From positions 37,905 to 101,904 of IMG/VR virus record IMGVR_UViG_3300027852_000033: a DNA stretch of 64,000 bases, one strand, 5' to 3'. The stretch is from a virus. The notes below the pieces were generated by a model. That model worked only from the letters and a program-made list of their open reading frames with translations. It did no database searches and was not told the DNA's origin. Position numbers and translations under genes: made by a program. Within the stretch, counting starts at the first letter, position 1, and every line of letters begins with the position of its first letter. This document shows, piece after piece, positions 1 to 10,062 of this stretch.

Positions 1-595
1 TTCTAAAAATATGGAAAATGCAGACAGGAGTAATCGAATCGTAGAAGCATTATCAGTAGCTCTCAGATATAATATAGAGTCAAATATTTCCAAACCAGAT
101 ATGGATAATATCGATGATACCTCTCAAAATACTGATGAAAATACAACTAATAATGATATTGATAATCCGGCTACCCCAGATAGTCCAGATAGTTCAGCCA
201 TTATAGATAATCAAGAGGATATAGATAATCCAGATACCAAAGACGATAATTCAAATAATAATAATGATAGTACTGATAATAATGATGATCCTGGCGATCC
301 CGACAGTAATACAGATAGTAATTCAGGTGATGATACAAATAGTAATAAAGATAGTAATTCCAATACAATAAAAGCAGATATTACCACTACCGATGGTAGT
401 GATACAACCAATGATGCAGATACTTCTGTTAATTCAGATGTATCTACCGATGAGAGCGGTGATAATATTGGCGCCCAACCGGAAGAAAGGGTTAGAATAG
501 GATCTATAGCAAAAGGAAAAACTAATAGCGCGTCTAGATCCTTTACAAGAAAACCGTTTCGACTAACTTCTATATCGGATATAGCAAATCAATAA
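1..595 (+). CDS. C-terminal part of an acidic low-complexity protein, probably capsid scaffold or prohead protease C-terminal region (5' truncated)
   Basis: The frame is open upstream of ATG 11 (TCT AAA AAT ATG), so the gene probably starts before the window. D/N/S/T-rich disordered sequence; lies directly upstream of the decoration and capsid genes. Confidence 0.55.
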   Translation, partial: SKNMENADRSNRIVEALSVALRYNIESNISKPDMDNIDDTSQNTDENTTNNDIDNPATPDSPDSSAIIDNQEDIDNPDTKDDNSNNNNDSTDNNDDPGDPDSNTDSNSGDDTNSNKDSNSNTIKADITTTDGSDTTNDADTSVNSDVSTDESGDNIGAQPEERVRIGSIAKGKTNSASRSFTRKPFRLTSISDIANQ

Positions 596-639
596 TGCTA
601 TTCTGATATAAAAACAGAAATACAAAATGAGGTAAAACA

Positions 640-1755
640 ATGGCAATAGGAGATTTGTATTATAATCCTACTGGCGAGGCTTTCAGTGGCAAACAGCCAA
701 TGAAAACCGTCGAAAAGCTAAGTTACCTTAACTCTATAGAAGATTGTTATCGATATAGCAGCAATCAAAGAGTTATTGGTACTTATTACCCGGTACGTCC
801 TCTCCCAGCTATGGATCTAGACAAAGATGCTGAATGGCCAATAGCTATGCCTGCCGGAACGATAGTATCTATTGTTCCACTAAAAGATGCACAAGGCTAT
901 ACTGTAGATGATGCAGTTACTGGAATAAGAATTGGAGGCGATATCTATGTTTCTTTAGGAATAGATGGTGTCGCTCTTGAAAAGAATATCAATGTAGTTT
1001 ATCCAAAAGAAACTGCAGGACTTATTACAGTATGTAATGGAAGCGGAGGAAGTGTTAATGATCCGTATAGTGATGCTTCAGGCGAATGGGGATTGTTAAC
1101 AGCTAGTGGCGAAATTGCAACTACCGGTGTTAACTATGCAAGGCCTGCTAATATTCCTATAGGAATAGTAAATAGCAGGGTATATGCTGATTTAAGAATG
1201 AGATATCTCAATTATGAGGTAGGACAGGATCCACAGGGTATAGCACTTGGTGGAATTCTTACTTTACCATATGTCGGAATATATGGTTCCGGAGATAGAG
1301 CTGCAGTTCTAGCGGCTATAAAAGGAGTAGTAGATTCCAAACATCAATATGTTCATGGTGAAAATGCAACTGGTAGTACAGTAGAAGCATATTTTGGCGT
1401 AGACGCTAGATTACAACCGGATGCTAATGGTAAATTCACAAATCATAGTGGTGCTGCAAATTTAGAATTTGCTAGAGTACTCGAAAAACGGAACAGGGTA
1501 CCATACGATCTTGATGAAGTAATTGATTCATTCCCTGGTTCAGGTATGCAAGGAATGGATACTGGCGGACTGAGCGCGAGATATTATGACTTCTCAAAAA
1601 AGATACTCGCATTAACCGCTGTAAAAGGCGCTGCATACGCAGCCGTGAAAGACAATCTAAAGAAAACATTATACGAGCCGCTTGTTACTGATACCGCTAA
1701 TGTTACCATTATTATGGGACAGGTTGATATTGCTTTCGGTAAGATAAGTTACTAG
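640..1755 (+). CDS. Putative head decoration / capsid stabilising protein
   Basis: 371 aa, GAGGT RBS, immediately upstream of the major capsid gene and co-terminated with it. G/A/V-rich composition. Call is by synteny. Confidence 0.55.
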   Translation: MAIGDLYYNPTGEAFSGKQPMKTVEKLSYLNSIEDCYRYSSNQRVIGTYYPVRPLPAMDLDKDAEWPIAMPAGTIVSIVPLKDAQGYTVDDAVTGIRIGGDIYVSLGIDGVALEKNINVVYPKETAGLITVCNGSGGSVNDPYSDASGEWGLLTASGEIATTGVNYARPANIPIGIVNSRVYADLRMRYLNYEVGQDPQGIALGGILTLPYVGIYGSGDRAAVLAAIKGVVDSKHQYVHGENATGSTVEAYFGVDARLQPDANGKFTNHSGAANLEFARVLEKRNRVPYDLDEVIDSFPGSGMQGMDTGGLSARYYDFSKKILALTAVKGAAYAAVKDNLKKTLYEPLVTDTANVTIIMGQVDIAFGKISY

Positions 1756-1761
1756 GAGGTA

Positions 1762-3174
1762 ATGAATATGTTGAATGAATTACGTCACAGTTCTTTGGTT
1801 CACAGTCTTCAGAACCTCAGTTCTTACAATCTCCGAAAGGAAATAGAAGATAAGTATAATACCTTCACTGATCAAGAATCAGCATATAATAGGATAGAAG
1901 AAGATGCTGAGGATATTTACGAGATAATAAACGCATTTAATACTGGTAAAATTGCGGGGGAAAGTCTAAGTCTAAAAGAAGTCCTTATGACCAAAGACTA
2001 CCCTAAACTATTTTATGCAGCTACCGAAATTCTTATGAAAAGTAGGATAGTTCCTAATAGAATAATTACTGGTAATTTGTTTCAGACTATACCTTATACT
2101 GGAAACTCCCTTAATGTTACAATTAGGACAATGGGTGGAGTGGAAGTAGAAGAAATAGGTGAAGGCGAGGAGTATCCTGAAACTTCCAGTGCAGTATCAG
2201 ATCAGGCTTTTAGAATTAACCTCTGGATTAAGAAGTATGGTGCAAAAGTGCCGGCTACCAGAGAATTGATAGAGTCTGACAATTGGGGTATATGGGCATA
2301 TACTATAGCTCAATTAGCTGATGCTTTACTTAACAAGAAGGAAAAACTTGCAGTAACTATGCTTAATGAATTTGCCGGTTATACACTTATGGATAATGCT
2401 AATTCTGCAAATGTAGCTCTTGGTTCTACTACCGGTAGAGGAATTGATGGTAATCAAAATGGAGCTCTTGGTGTTGATGACCTTATGAGAATAATGTCAT
2501 GGATGCATATGAGAGGTTACAATATAGATACCATTCTTATTAACCCTTTTGCATGGGCAATGTGGGCAAGAGATACTGAAATTAGAGAAGTTGTTATGGG
2601 TGGAGGTATATCTCATATTCCACAGGGAAACGCCGCACCAGGCTGGGATATGCCTTGGGGTGGATTAGGCCAACCTTATGATAGGTTTGGTGGTAATGGT
2701 CCTGCTAGTCTTCCCGCAGGGGGCGCTGGCGACCATAATACTTTAGATCCAATCTATGGTAAACTTGGGATAGCACCTTATGCTTTTCCTAACCTTACTC
2801 CGTTTGGGGCTACTTTTATGACACAGCCAAAACATCTTGATAGACCTATCAAGATATTGGTTACACCTATGGTTCCATACTACAAGATATCTAGTGGTGG
2901 GAAAACTGGGAAATATGCAACCAATATTATTTTTGCAGAATCTGCAAGATGCGGCTTGATATTACAGAAAGAAAACCCAACCATGGAACAATGGAACGAT
3001 ATCGAGAAAGAGATAGATTATACCAAGATTAGAGAAAGGTATGGTATGGCTTTACAAGAACAAGGGCGAGCAGTATGCGTAGCCCGAAATATTGTAGTTG
3101 ACAGAACTTACACTTTTGATAATGTTAATAGTGTATCTTTAAATCCACTTACCTACGAAACTGATTTAATATAG
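1762..3174 (+). CDS. Major capsid protein (HK97 fold)
   Basis: 470 aa, AGGAGG RBS. Capsid-like motifs VEEIGEGEEYPE, IKKYGAKVPATRELIESD, TILINPFAW, KIRERYGMAL. Possible maturation cleavage near LSLKE. Followed by a strong terminator. Confidence 0.85.
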   Translation: MNMLNELRHSSLVHSLQNLSSYNLRKEIEDKYNTFTDQESAYNRIEEDAEDIYEIINAFNTGKIAGESLSLKEVLMTKDYPKLFYAATEILMKSRIVPNRIITGNLFQTIPYTGNSLNVTIRTMGGVEVEEIGEGEEYPETSSAVSDQAFRINLWIKKYGAKVPATRELIESDNWGIWAYTIAQLADALLNKKEKLAVTMLNEFAGYTLMDNANSANVALGSTTGRGIDGNQNGALGVDDLMRIMSWMHMRGYNIDTILINPFAWAMWARDTEIREVVMGGGISHIPQGNAAPGWDMPWGGLGQPYDRFGGNGPASLPAGGAGDHNTLDPIYGKLGIAPYAFPNLTPFGATFMTQPKHLDRPIKILVTPMVPYYKISSGGKTGKYATNIIFAESARCGLILQKENPTMEQWNDIEKEIDYTKIRERYGMALQEQGRAVCVARNIVVDRTYTFDNVNSVSLNPLTYETDLI

Positions 3175-3195
3175 AATAGGATAACATAGGTAACT

Positions 3196-3227
3196 AAAAA
3201 GCCAGGGATAGTCCCCTGGCTTTTTTT
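3196..3227 (+). terminator. Rho-independent terminator after the capsid gene
   Basis: AAAAA-GCCAGGG-ATAGTC-CCCTGGC-TTTTTTT; the flanking A and T tracts make it potentially bidirectional. Confidence 0.9.
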
Positions 3228-3241
3228 GTGTTATTATCAAA

Positions 3242-3270
3242 TTGTATTATATATATCAATATGATAGAAT
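3242..3270 (+). promoter_or_regulatory. Sigma70-like promoter with extended -10
   Basis: TTGTAT (3242-3247), 17 nt, TAGAAT (3265-3270) preceded by TGn; directly after the terminator and upstream of 3303. Confidence 0.5.
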
Positions 3271-3302
3271 ATAATCACAAATAAAACAGGAAGGAAAAAA
3301 CT

Positions 3303-3791
3303 ATGGAAGATACTACTCAAATTGGTGGAGATAGTAATTTTGATACACCCGAAGGGAAAGTAACACTGACAATAGAGGATATTCCTACTTTGTCTATAAA
3401 ATTAGCAGAGGGGAAAGCATATTGGAGGTTAGAAAGCGGGGCGGTTGAGCTTAATTCATTTACAGGAAAAGTTTCGGCACGATTAGATGGTTCTTTAAGT
3501 GAATATGACCGAATGGCCGTTATGTTCGGATTAAATTCTGGCAATATTATTATAGCTAATGAAGTTAAAGACGAAGAACCATCTACTATGGATATATCTA
3601 ATTTATTATCCTCGGTTCATATCAATGCACGTATACTACTTGATGAAAAACACAAAGATAAATTTGTAAAAACACTATCTACAATAAGAAATGAAAAATT
3701 GCTTACGACCTGTGCTGAAGTAGAGATAGCGGAAGGAAAAAGAAAAGCATTTATAAAAGCAATAGATAGCAGACTTAAAGAGTTAGAATAA
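3303..3791 (+). CDS. Hypothetical protein, possibly head-associated
   Basis: 162 aa with AGGAAGG RBS; helical C-terminus (EGKRKAFIKAIDSRLKELE) of the kind often seen in genes after the capsid gene. Confidence 0.6.
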   Translation: MEDTTQIGGDSNFDTPEGKVTLTIEDIPTLSIKLAEGKAYWRLESGAVELNSFTGKVSARLDGSLSEYDRMAVMFGLNSGNIIIANEVKDEEPSTMDISNLLSSVHINARILLDEKHKDKFVKTLSTIRNEKLLTTCAEVEIAEGKRKAFIKAIDSRLKELE

Positions 3792-3867
3792 TTGAAAAGA
3801 TATAACCCTTAATGTAGGTCAGGATTGGTAACATAAAAGAACAATTAACAAAATTGGAAAGCGCTAA

Positions 3868-4017
3868 ATGGAATGTAAAGTATGCAATACCGAAATGATT
3901 ATCGATGAATGGGGAGGTTGGGTATGGGTTTGTTACATTTGCGGCTATGTCAGAGGAAAAGCAACTTCAAGAGAAATTGAAAAATACGAGGAAGAATTAT
4001 GGGGAGGAGGTGTTTAA
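3868..4017 (+). CDS. Small zinc-ribbon protein, 49 aa (absent from the ORF track)
   Basis: MECKVCNTEMIIDEWGGWVWVCYICGY...; two CxxC pairs; its TAA abuts the ATG at 4018. Confidence 0.6.
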   Translation: MECKVCNTEMIIDEWGGWVWVCYICGYVRGKATSREIEKYEEELWGGGV

Positions 4018-4407
4018 ATGGATATACTTAATGAAATGACAAAAGATGAAATTATTATGTGGGTTCGTTCACAAGCTTCCTACATATTTCATCCACCGAA
4101 AAAAAGTGATGTTTTGTGGATGCGCTACCAAAAGAAAGAAAAAGAGGTTTCTGACAATCGCAAGGAACATATAGAGCGTGGGAAGTCGTTGAATATGGTA
4201 GAGCGAGACAAACTCGCAAAACAATTTAATACTACAAATGATGCGAATAAACGATTAGAGATTCTGACAAAAATGGTGCCTTATGAGAAGAAGTGGCAAT
4301 CATATTTAGACGAAGGTAAAGACATAATGAGGGCAGAAAAAAAGGTTGATAAATTATATGCTCAAATTGAAATTGAGAGGACTAAAGAGAATGAAACGGC
4401 TGCGTAG
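4018..4407 (+). CDS. Hypothetical charged coiled-coil protein
   Basis: 129 aa, GGAGG RBS, K/E-rich helical sequence. Confidence 0.7.
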   Translation: MDILNEMTKDEIIMWVRSQASYIFHPPKKSDVLWMRYQKKEKEVSDNRKEHIERGKSLNMVERDKLAKQFNTTNDANKRLEILTKMVPYEKKWQSYLDEGKDIMRAEKKVDKLYAQIEIERTKENETAA

Positions 4408-4573
4408 GTGTAGGCATTGCCAACACGAAATGTTTGTTGACGATTATTATAAATCGTATTTTTGTGATAATTGCGGATGCGAATATGGCGTAATTGCAGA
4501 ATGGGACGATAAGTATAATATACAATATCGATGTTCTACTTCAAATCATACTCAGTTTACTGGGGAAGTTTAA
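4391..4573 (+). CDS. Small zinc-ribbon protein
   Basis: Probable start ATG 4391 (MKRLRRCRHC...CDNC) with GAGG upstream; overlaps the end of the previous gene. Confidence 0.55.
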   Translation: MKRLRRCRHCQHEMFVDDYYKSYFCDNCGCEYGVIAEWDDKYNIQYRCSTSNHTQFTGEV

Positions 4574-4574
4574 A

Positions 4575-4790
4575 ATGATAACAGCTAAAAAATTAAGCGA
4601 AGTAGAAGAGAAATGGGGCATTGATATTGTTATTAATTTTACTGAACCGCTTCGTAATATTAATGTTACAAAGACCTTTAGTTTTGTTAACCAAAACCAA
4701 ATTGATTCAGAATATGAAACCAGAATAGCAAAAGCAATTACGAATATAGAATACAGAATATTAGAAAATGAGCTACTTAATGATACTTAA
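4575..4790 (+). CDS. Hypothetical protein
   Basis: Probable start ATG 4575 (MITAKKLSE) just after the preceding stop, with GGGGAAG upstream; same frame as track ORF 4494..4790. Confidence 0.55.
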   Translation: MITAKKLSEVEEKWGIDIVINFTEPLRNINVTKTFSFVNQNQIDSEYETRIAKAITNIEYRILENELLNDT

Positions 4791-4938
4791 ATGTTAGATT
4801 AGGTTGAATAATATTTTGAAAAAACTATATGTATGAGTAAAATATAGTACAAAGATATCAAAAATACAGAATTAATAATAGGCAAAAATGATTACAATAA
4901 TTAAACTGAACAAAATATGTCATGAGGGGAGTAAATAA

Positions 4939-6507
4939 TTGGCTAATCGTTTTGTAGATATAGGAACTGGTTCTAATTCAGATACAGGAGAAAACTTTGA
5001 TTTGGCCTGGGCAACTACGGAATATGCTTGGGAATCCGGCGCTTTATCCCCTGGCGATTTTGTATTTACAAGGCCTAATCATTTAGAAATTCCAACTGAT
5101 CATATTGCTCCGGTATATGATGGATTAGCTAATCAGTTCATAACAGTGTTAGCTTGGCCAAAACCGGCTTTTTCCATTACTTCAGCGACATGGACAAATG
5201 GAAGCACAACAGTTGATCTTGTATTGCCTGCAACGCTTACAAGAAATGGACATGCTGGTAGAATGATACTGGCCCCAAATGGTTTTATTTATTTCATTAC
5301 TTATATAGTCGATTCAAATACATTTTTAATTGATAGAGCATATTCAGGAAGCACTGTAAGTGGAGTATCCGGAGCAGCAACAATAGCAGCGGATCCATAT
5401 TATAACATGGCACAAGCAATTGACGACTCATCGACTACGATTAAAAAAGCTGATTGGAATGCAAATAATCCTGCAAGGCCTGTCATTAGTTTTAATAATG
5501 CGGCCTATCGATTGTCTTTTGCTATGGATCAGTATCAGAGGTTGCAAGGATTTGAGATTAAAGATTCAATCGACGTTACCGGAATACTTCAAATGTTCAC
5601 AGACGCCCAGGTTATTGTGAAAGGTTGTTTGATAAAGCAATCATCAAGTAATACCTGTTTGGTAAATATTTCAAGGACATCTTCTATAATTGATGAATGT
5701 ATTATTGAAGGAAGCGGTGCTGGAGCTAGCCAGGTTGGTATTACAGCAGGCCGGGGCGCGGCTGGTGGGGGTAATATATTAGTTAGAAATTCAGCTATTT
5801 ATAATTGTGGTAGTTATGGGATCCAGACTTTCCGTCCTTTATACCTAGATAATATGAATATTGGAATTGAACAACCTAATGGGGATGAAGATATTAGTAA
5901 TGCATCGCTTATGTTTGGAAAGGATGTGCGTTGTGGAGGAACAAATGGCGGACCTACTATATACTCATTATATGGAGGTAATTTAGCTTATTTTGAAAAC
6001 TATCAAAAGATATTAGGAGCTCACAGAACTCTTTTTCTTGGAGGGTATTATCAAAACGTACAGGTTAGTGGTGAAACACCTAACAAAAAACTATCAGATG
6101 AGATTATAAAAATAGTCCCAAATATTTCAGGGTTTGATTATATTCCGGAAATGGCTGTCTATGTATTTGAGGATGAATTGAATGGTGTACCTGCAGGTAC
6201 ATATGATTTTGGATATTGGATTTATAATGATTCAGGAGTGACTTTAAATGTCGGTGACCCGATGTTAAATATTTGGCTTGAAGTTGAGTTTTTAGGAGAA
6301 GCTGACGGCGCAAACAACTTTGTTACAACTAAAAAATATTCTACCCTGCAGGATATTGACGATGCGGCGGATGCAGATGACTGGGATAAGCTTATAGTAA
6401 GTAGTTGTACAATACCAACAGCAAGCAAGATTGTAGCAAAAATATATTTCAGTAAATACCTAGCAGCAACACATGTTTTTGTTGATACCAAAGAAACTGA
6501 AAACTAA
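4939..6507 (+). CDS. Putative fibre/appendage protein with a right-handed beta-helix-like middle region
   Basis: 522 aa, TTG start with GAGGGGAG RBS. Repeating beta-helix-type segments (VIVKGCLIK, IIDECIIEG, ILVRNSAIYNCGSYGI); beta-rich C-terminal domain. Confidence 0.55.
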   Translation: MANRFVDIGTGSNSDTGENFDLAWATTEYAWESGALSPGDFVFTRPNHLEIPTDHIAPVYDGLANQFITVLAWPKPAFSITSATWTNGSTTVDLVLPATLTRNGHAGRMILAPNGFIYFITYIVDSNTFLIDRAYSGSTVSGVSGAATIAADPYYNMAQAIDDSSTTIKKADWNANNPARPVISFNNAAYRLSFAMDQYQRLQGFEIKDSIDVTGILQMFTDAQVIVKGCLIKQSSSNTCLVNISRTSSIIDECIIEGSGAGASQVGITAGRGAAGGGNILVRNSAIYNCGSYGIQTFRPLYLDNMNIGIEQPNGDEDISNASLMFGKDVRCGGTNGGPTIYSLYGGNLAYFENYQKILGAHRTLFLGGYYQNVQVSGETPNKKLSDEIIKIVPNISGFDYIPEMAVYVFEDELNGVPAGTYDFGYWIYNDSGVTLNVGDPMLNIWLEVEFLGEADGANNFVTTKKYSTLQDIDDAADADDWDKLIVSSCTIPTASKIVAKIYFSKYLAATHVFVDTKETEN

Positions 6508-6534
6508 TGCGAAAGCAATTAGGGAGGAATAAGT

Positions 6535-7026
6535 ATGAATCCAAAAGAAAAAGGAAAATTCCAAGCAAAATGGAAAATAGAAAAGTACAAAAACGAACAG
6601 GATAAGAAAGATGGCAAACCTTATGAAGTGGTTTGCTGGCCTTTAAACTTACTTTTGAATGAAGGAATAAACGAAATATGGACAATCCTATGTAGTGCAG
6701 GTGGGACAAAATTTGATAATACCAATGCTTATCTTGGAGTAGGTGATTCAAATACGGCGGCTGCTGCAACACAAACCGCATTGCAAGCAGCGGTTAACAA
6801 ACTTTATAAAGGTATGGAGTCGGGATTTCCAACCTATGGTACTGATCAAAAAGCTGTTTGGAAATCTTCTTTTGCAAGCGCTGAAGCTAATTTTGCATGG
6901 GAAGAGTTTACCGTTGCAAATGGTAATTCAGATGCTAGTATCAATTTAAACAGAAAAGTAGAATCTAAAGGGACTAAGCTGTCAGGGACTGTTTGGGATT
7001 TAACCCTTGAAATCACTCTTGCATAA
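6535..7026 (+). CDS. Putative virion structural protein, fibre-associated
   Basis: 163 aa, GGAGG RBS. NLLLNEG...YLGVGDSNTAAAATQTAL...EANFAWEEF...LNRKV pattern resembles small fibre/baseplate-type structural proteins. Confidence 0.6.
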   Translation: MNPKEKGKFQAKWKIEKYKNEQDKKDGKPYEVVCWPLNLLLNEGINEIWTILCSAGGTKFDNTNAYLGVGDSNTAAAATQTALQAAVNKLYKGMESGFPTYGTDQKAVWKSSFASAEANFAWEEFTVANGNSDASINLNRKVESKGTKLSGTVWDLTLEITLA

Positions 7027-7107
7027 ATATGTTAGAACAAAAAGGTTTGTCAGTAAATATTTAGCATCAACTAATATTTTTATTGATATACGGGAGACTG
7101 ATAATTA

Positions 7108-7494
7108 ATGGCAATTGTTTGGAGTTATGGGAGAGCAAGAAGAACAGGACCATTTTGGAGAAATGGGCAAGCCAAGTTTTTACGGGAATATGGTAATGAA
7201 CAAATAAACATAACCGATTCCGGAATAGGAACTGATATCATTTCTCTGCTAAACAACTTGAGTATAGTTGATTCCGGAACCGGAACTGATGTTGTCTCTC
7301 TGATAAATAACATGAACATAGCTGATTCCGGAATTGGAACCGATATCGTTTCTCTTCTAAACAATCTGAACATAGCTGATTCTGGGATAGGAACTGATAT
7401 TATTTCTATACAAACCCCTCATTCAACAGTAAATCTTGGTAGATTATTTAATAGAGGAATAAACAGAGGATATATGAGAGGAATAATACATTGA
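7108..7494 (+). CDS. Small protein with 18-aa tandem repeats, fibre-shaft-like
   Basis: 128 aa, GGGAG RBS; repeat IxDSGxGTDxxSLxNNxN in about 3.7 copies. Confidence 0.65.
   Translation: MAIVWSYGRARRTGPFWRNGQAKFLREYGNEQINITDSGIGTDIISLLNNLSIVDSGTGTDVVSLINNMNIADSGIGTDIVSLLNNLNIADSGIGTDIISIQTPHSTVNLGRLFNRGINRGYMRGIIH
7207..7407 (+). repeat. 54-bp coding tandem repeat, about 3.7 copies
   Basis: GATTC(C/T)GG recurs at 7216, 7270, 7324 and 7378 (period 54), with synonymous divergence between copies. Confidence 0.9.
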
Positions 7495-7626
7495 ACAAGT
7501 TTAGAATAACAATATCAGCAAGGAATGAAACATATTTAAAACCTATGTAAAGGAGGAGGTACATTTCTTTACGGAGCTAACGAAGTAATATTTTATAGTT
7601 GCCGTGGGTTTCTGTGCCTAATATTT

Positions 7627-8178
7627 ATGGCAGAATTAAGAGCATATGGAATTGAAGATATAATATACTTTCCCTTAATAGACTTCGGCGATACCGATTT
7701 TGAAAAAACACCAGTCTCTTTTGAACTTGGAGATAGCCAAATATCTATAGATGGAATAGCTTTTGAAAACACTGCTAATTTGCCATCATATGTAGGAAAT
7801 GGGATGTATGGTGTTATTCTAACAGCAAGCGAACATTCATGTAAAAAGATTATATTAACTATAATTGATCAATCTGGTACTCCATTATGGGAAGATCAAG
7901 CAGTTTATATAGAAACTGTTGGGCATCTCCTATCTCAACATCCGGGAATCGGGCCAGGTACAGGTACAAGATTTGATTCAATTACACTTAACTTAGCAAA
8001 TATGTATACATTGATACAATTTTTAGTAGATATGGAAGAAGGGGATTGGGAACTTAAAGAACCTAATCAGCTTGTATACTATCTAAAAGGATCTGCAACA
8101 ATTATAGCACAATGGAATTGTTTTGATATCAATGGGGATCCATCAATAACCAATATAGCAAAGATAGTAAGAATATAA
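7627..8178 (+). CDS. Hypothetical virion protein with an Ig-like / fibre-associated N-terminal domain
   Basis: 183 aa; IYFPLID...QISIDG...GNGMYGVILTA pattern suggests a beta-sandwich; sits in the structural cluster. Confidence 0.55.
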   Translation: MAELRAYGIEDIIYFPLIDFGDTDFEKTPVSFELGDSQISIDGIAFENTANLPSYVGNGMYGVILTASEHSCKKIILTIIDQSGTPLWEDQAVYIETVGHLLSQHPGIGPGTGTRFDSITLNLANMYTLIQFLVDMEEGDWELKEPNQLVYYLKGSATIIAQWNCFDINGDPSITNIAKIVRI

Positions 8179-8217
8179 TATTTTATATTAGTATACATTT
8201 AATACCGGTTATGATAA

Positions 8218-9552
8218 ATGAAACGAAATTTTGCAGTAGCAGTAGGGTACTCTCATTCCAACCAATTTATGGCAAAGGGATTAAATGGAAGCGCCCAAGG
8301 TGAGCCAGATATGATACATATATTAAATAATATTCCGCATAATAATAGTTCAGGGCACTATCTTGATGATCCTATACTTTTTACCCTTGATCAAAATATA
8401 GAGTTATCATATTTAACCGATGATTATATAACAATATGGAAAACAAACCAAGACCAAAGCGAATTTTACTCTCAAATATCTATTAATATTGAGTCAGGAG
8501 ATTCTCAAAATATAATAAAAATAACACCTGATCCAATTCTATCCAGTGAAGAATATTATATTGTAGTATTAACTGGTGGTGAAAATGGTATAAAATCCAT
8601 TGGCGGTGACATTCTTGATGGAAATTTTGTACTATTTTTTAAATCCGGTGTAACTGTTCGCCCTACAACTGATACTGAAGAACCTATAGAAGGCGTTGAT
8701 CTTTTTCTAGATGGGAAAAAAGAAGAGATCTTTACCCTATCTTCTGATGCCTTTTCAGCGGATAGTGCAAATGCTAGGATATCATTAGTTAATACTATTC
8801 CTGAAGACTATAGTATAGGAGTAAAAAATATAGATAAAGTTATATATATCTATAACGATGATGTATATGATAATGTTCCGGATAATATATTAGTTGGGAA
8901 ATATTCTGAACTCCCAGTTGATCCTGATCCATTTGGGGATAGAGCCATACAATCTAGTGGGGTTATAGTATCCGATCATTCCGTGGCATTTTTAGTATCA
9001 GGAATAGTGGATATTCCAAACCGAGAATATATATTTAAACTTCCTGCTAATAAAATAAGAGGGATAAATAGAGAGGAATACGATAATGTAGATAGATATA
9101 TACGGTTTATGAGTGAATTAACTCCCGTATATGCAACTCCCGATCAGATACTAATTAGGTTAAAAGGGTTTAATCCCGATATGACAATAAGAATATCGGA
9201 ATATGATGTTTATAAACTTATTCATGAAAAATCAATATATGTTTCTACAGAGATAGGAATAACAGTGGATTCCATTAATTTAGCTATGATAAACCGATTA
9301 GTAGTATGTCTTGTATTAAGAGAGCTTATTGTAACTGGAATGCTACTATCAGGCGGCAATATAAAATCAAGAATGTTGCTAATGAATGAAGTAGTCTACG
9401 AGAATTTTGATATTAAAGATATACTCATGGAACTAGATAATTGTATAAAAGAGAATACACCAGAAGGTAGTTCTTTGTCAACAGTTAAAATTGGAATAAA
9501 ATCCGGTAAGTGGATGAACCGGCAAGGTAAGAACTACAATATATATAGGTAA
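8218..9552 (+). CDS. Putative neck / head-tail adaptor with N-terminal Ig-like domains
   Basis: 444 aa. Ig-like segments (IIKITPDPILSSEEYYIVVLTGGENGIKSIGGDIL...FKSG) followed by a helical C-terminal domain starting PVYATP; lies between head and tail genes. Confidence 0.55.
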   Translation: MKRNFAVAVGYSHSNQFMAKGLNGSAQGEPDMIHILNNIPHNNSSGHYLDDPILFTLDQNIELSYLTDDYITIWKTNQDQSEFYSQISINIESGDSQNIIKITPDPILSSEEYYIVVLTGGENGIKSIGGDILDGNFVLFFKSGVTVRPTTDTEEPIEGVDLFLDGKKEEIFTLSSDAFSADSANARISLVNTIPEDYSIGVKNIDKVIYIYNDDVYDNVPDNILVGKYSELPVDPDPFGDRAIQSSGVIVSDHSVAFLVSGIVDIPNREYIFKLPANKIRGINREEYDNVDRYIRFMSELTPVYATPDQILIRLKGFNPDMTIRISEYDVYKLIHEKSIYVSTEIGITVDSINLAMINRLVVCLVLRELIVTGMLLSGGNIKSRMLLMNEVVYENFDIKDILMELDNCIKENTPEGSSLSTVKIGIKSGKWMNRQGKNYNIYR

Positions 9553-9558
9553 TATAAT

Positions 9559-10062
9559 ATGCCAACATGGATAGACATGAGAGATGAGGCTGATGCACTC
9601 ATCAATGGAGATGCCCGCACTGTACCACAAGGATATTGGATTGTACTTCGTATGATGAGAGTTGGACAATATTCTGAATATTGGAATTCCGACAGGCACG
9701 AGGCTGTGGGTGGAACTAAGTGGTTATTTGATGATTATATAATCCGGACTATTTCAAATCCTGGCAAAGCGTATGGAGCTATGCCTAAATTAACAGAAGG
9801 ATCTAAAACAATAATAACATCCGGAGTAGACGATGTCAATAGTAAAATCTTTGCAATAGAGTGGAATACCGAATTTACTCGGTTAGCTTCCAATGAAGAT
9901 ATAATATATGAAATACATGAATATGCATCAATAGAACCCCCCGAGCCTCCCTTACATGTAGATGATAGATATAATATATTACATTCTATAAAATCACATG
10001 GCGACTATGGGCGTACTGAAATGATGTATATTCTAGCAGAAAGAATGCATGGAGAAAGCTAA
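9559..10062 (+). CDS. Putative head closure / neck protein
   Basis: 167 aa; ends with SHGDYGRTEMMYI; position between adaptor and terminator-like genes. Confidence 0.5.
   Translation: MPTWIDMRDEADALINGDARTVPQGYWIVLRMMRVGQYSEYWNSDRHEAVGGTKWLFDDYIIRTISNPGKAYGAMPKLTEGSKTIITSGVDDVNSKIFAIEWNTEFTRLASNEDIIYEIHEYASIEPPEPPLHVDDRYNILHSIKSHGDYGRTEMMYILAERMHGES

Noticed and set aside
7207-7407. 54-bp repeat as a CRISPR array or diversity-generating retroelement template
   Set aside because: Repeats are contiguous, in frame and vary mostly synonymously; no spacers, no adenine-specific pattern, no reverse transcriptase in the window.
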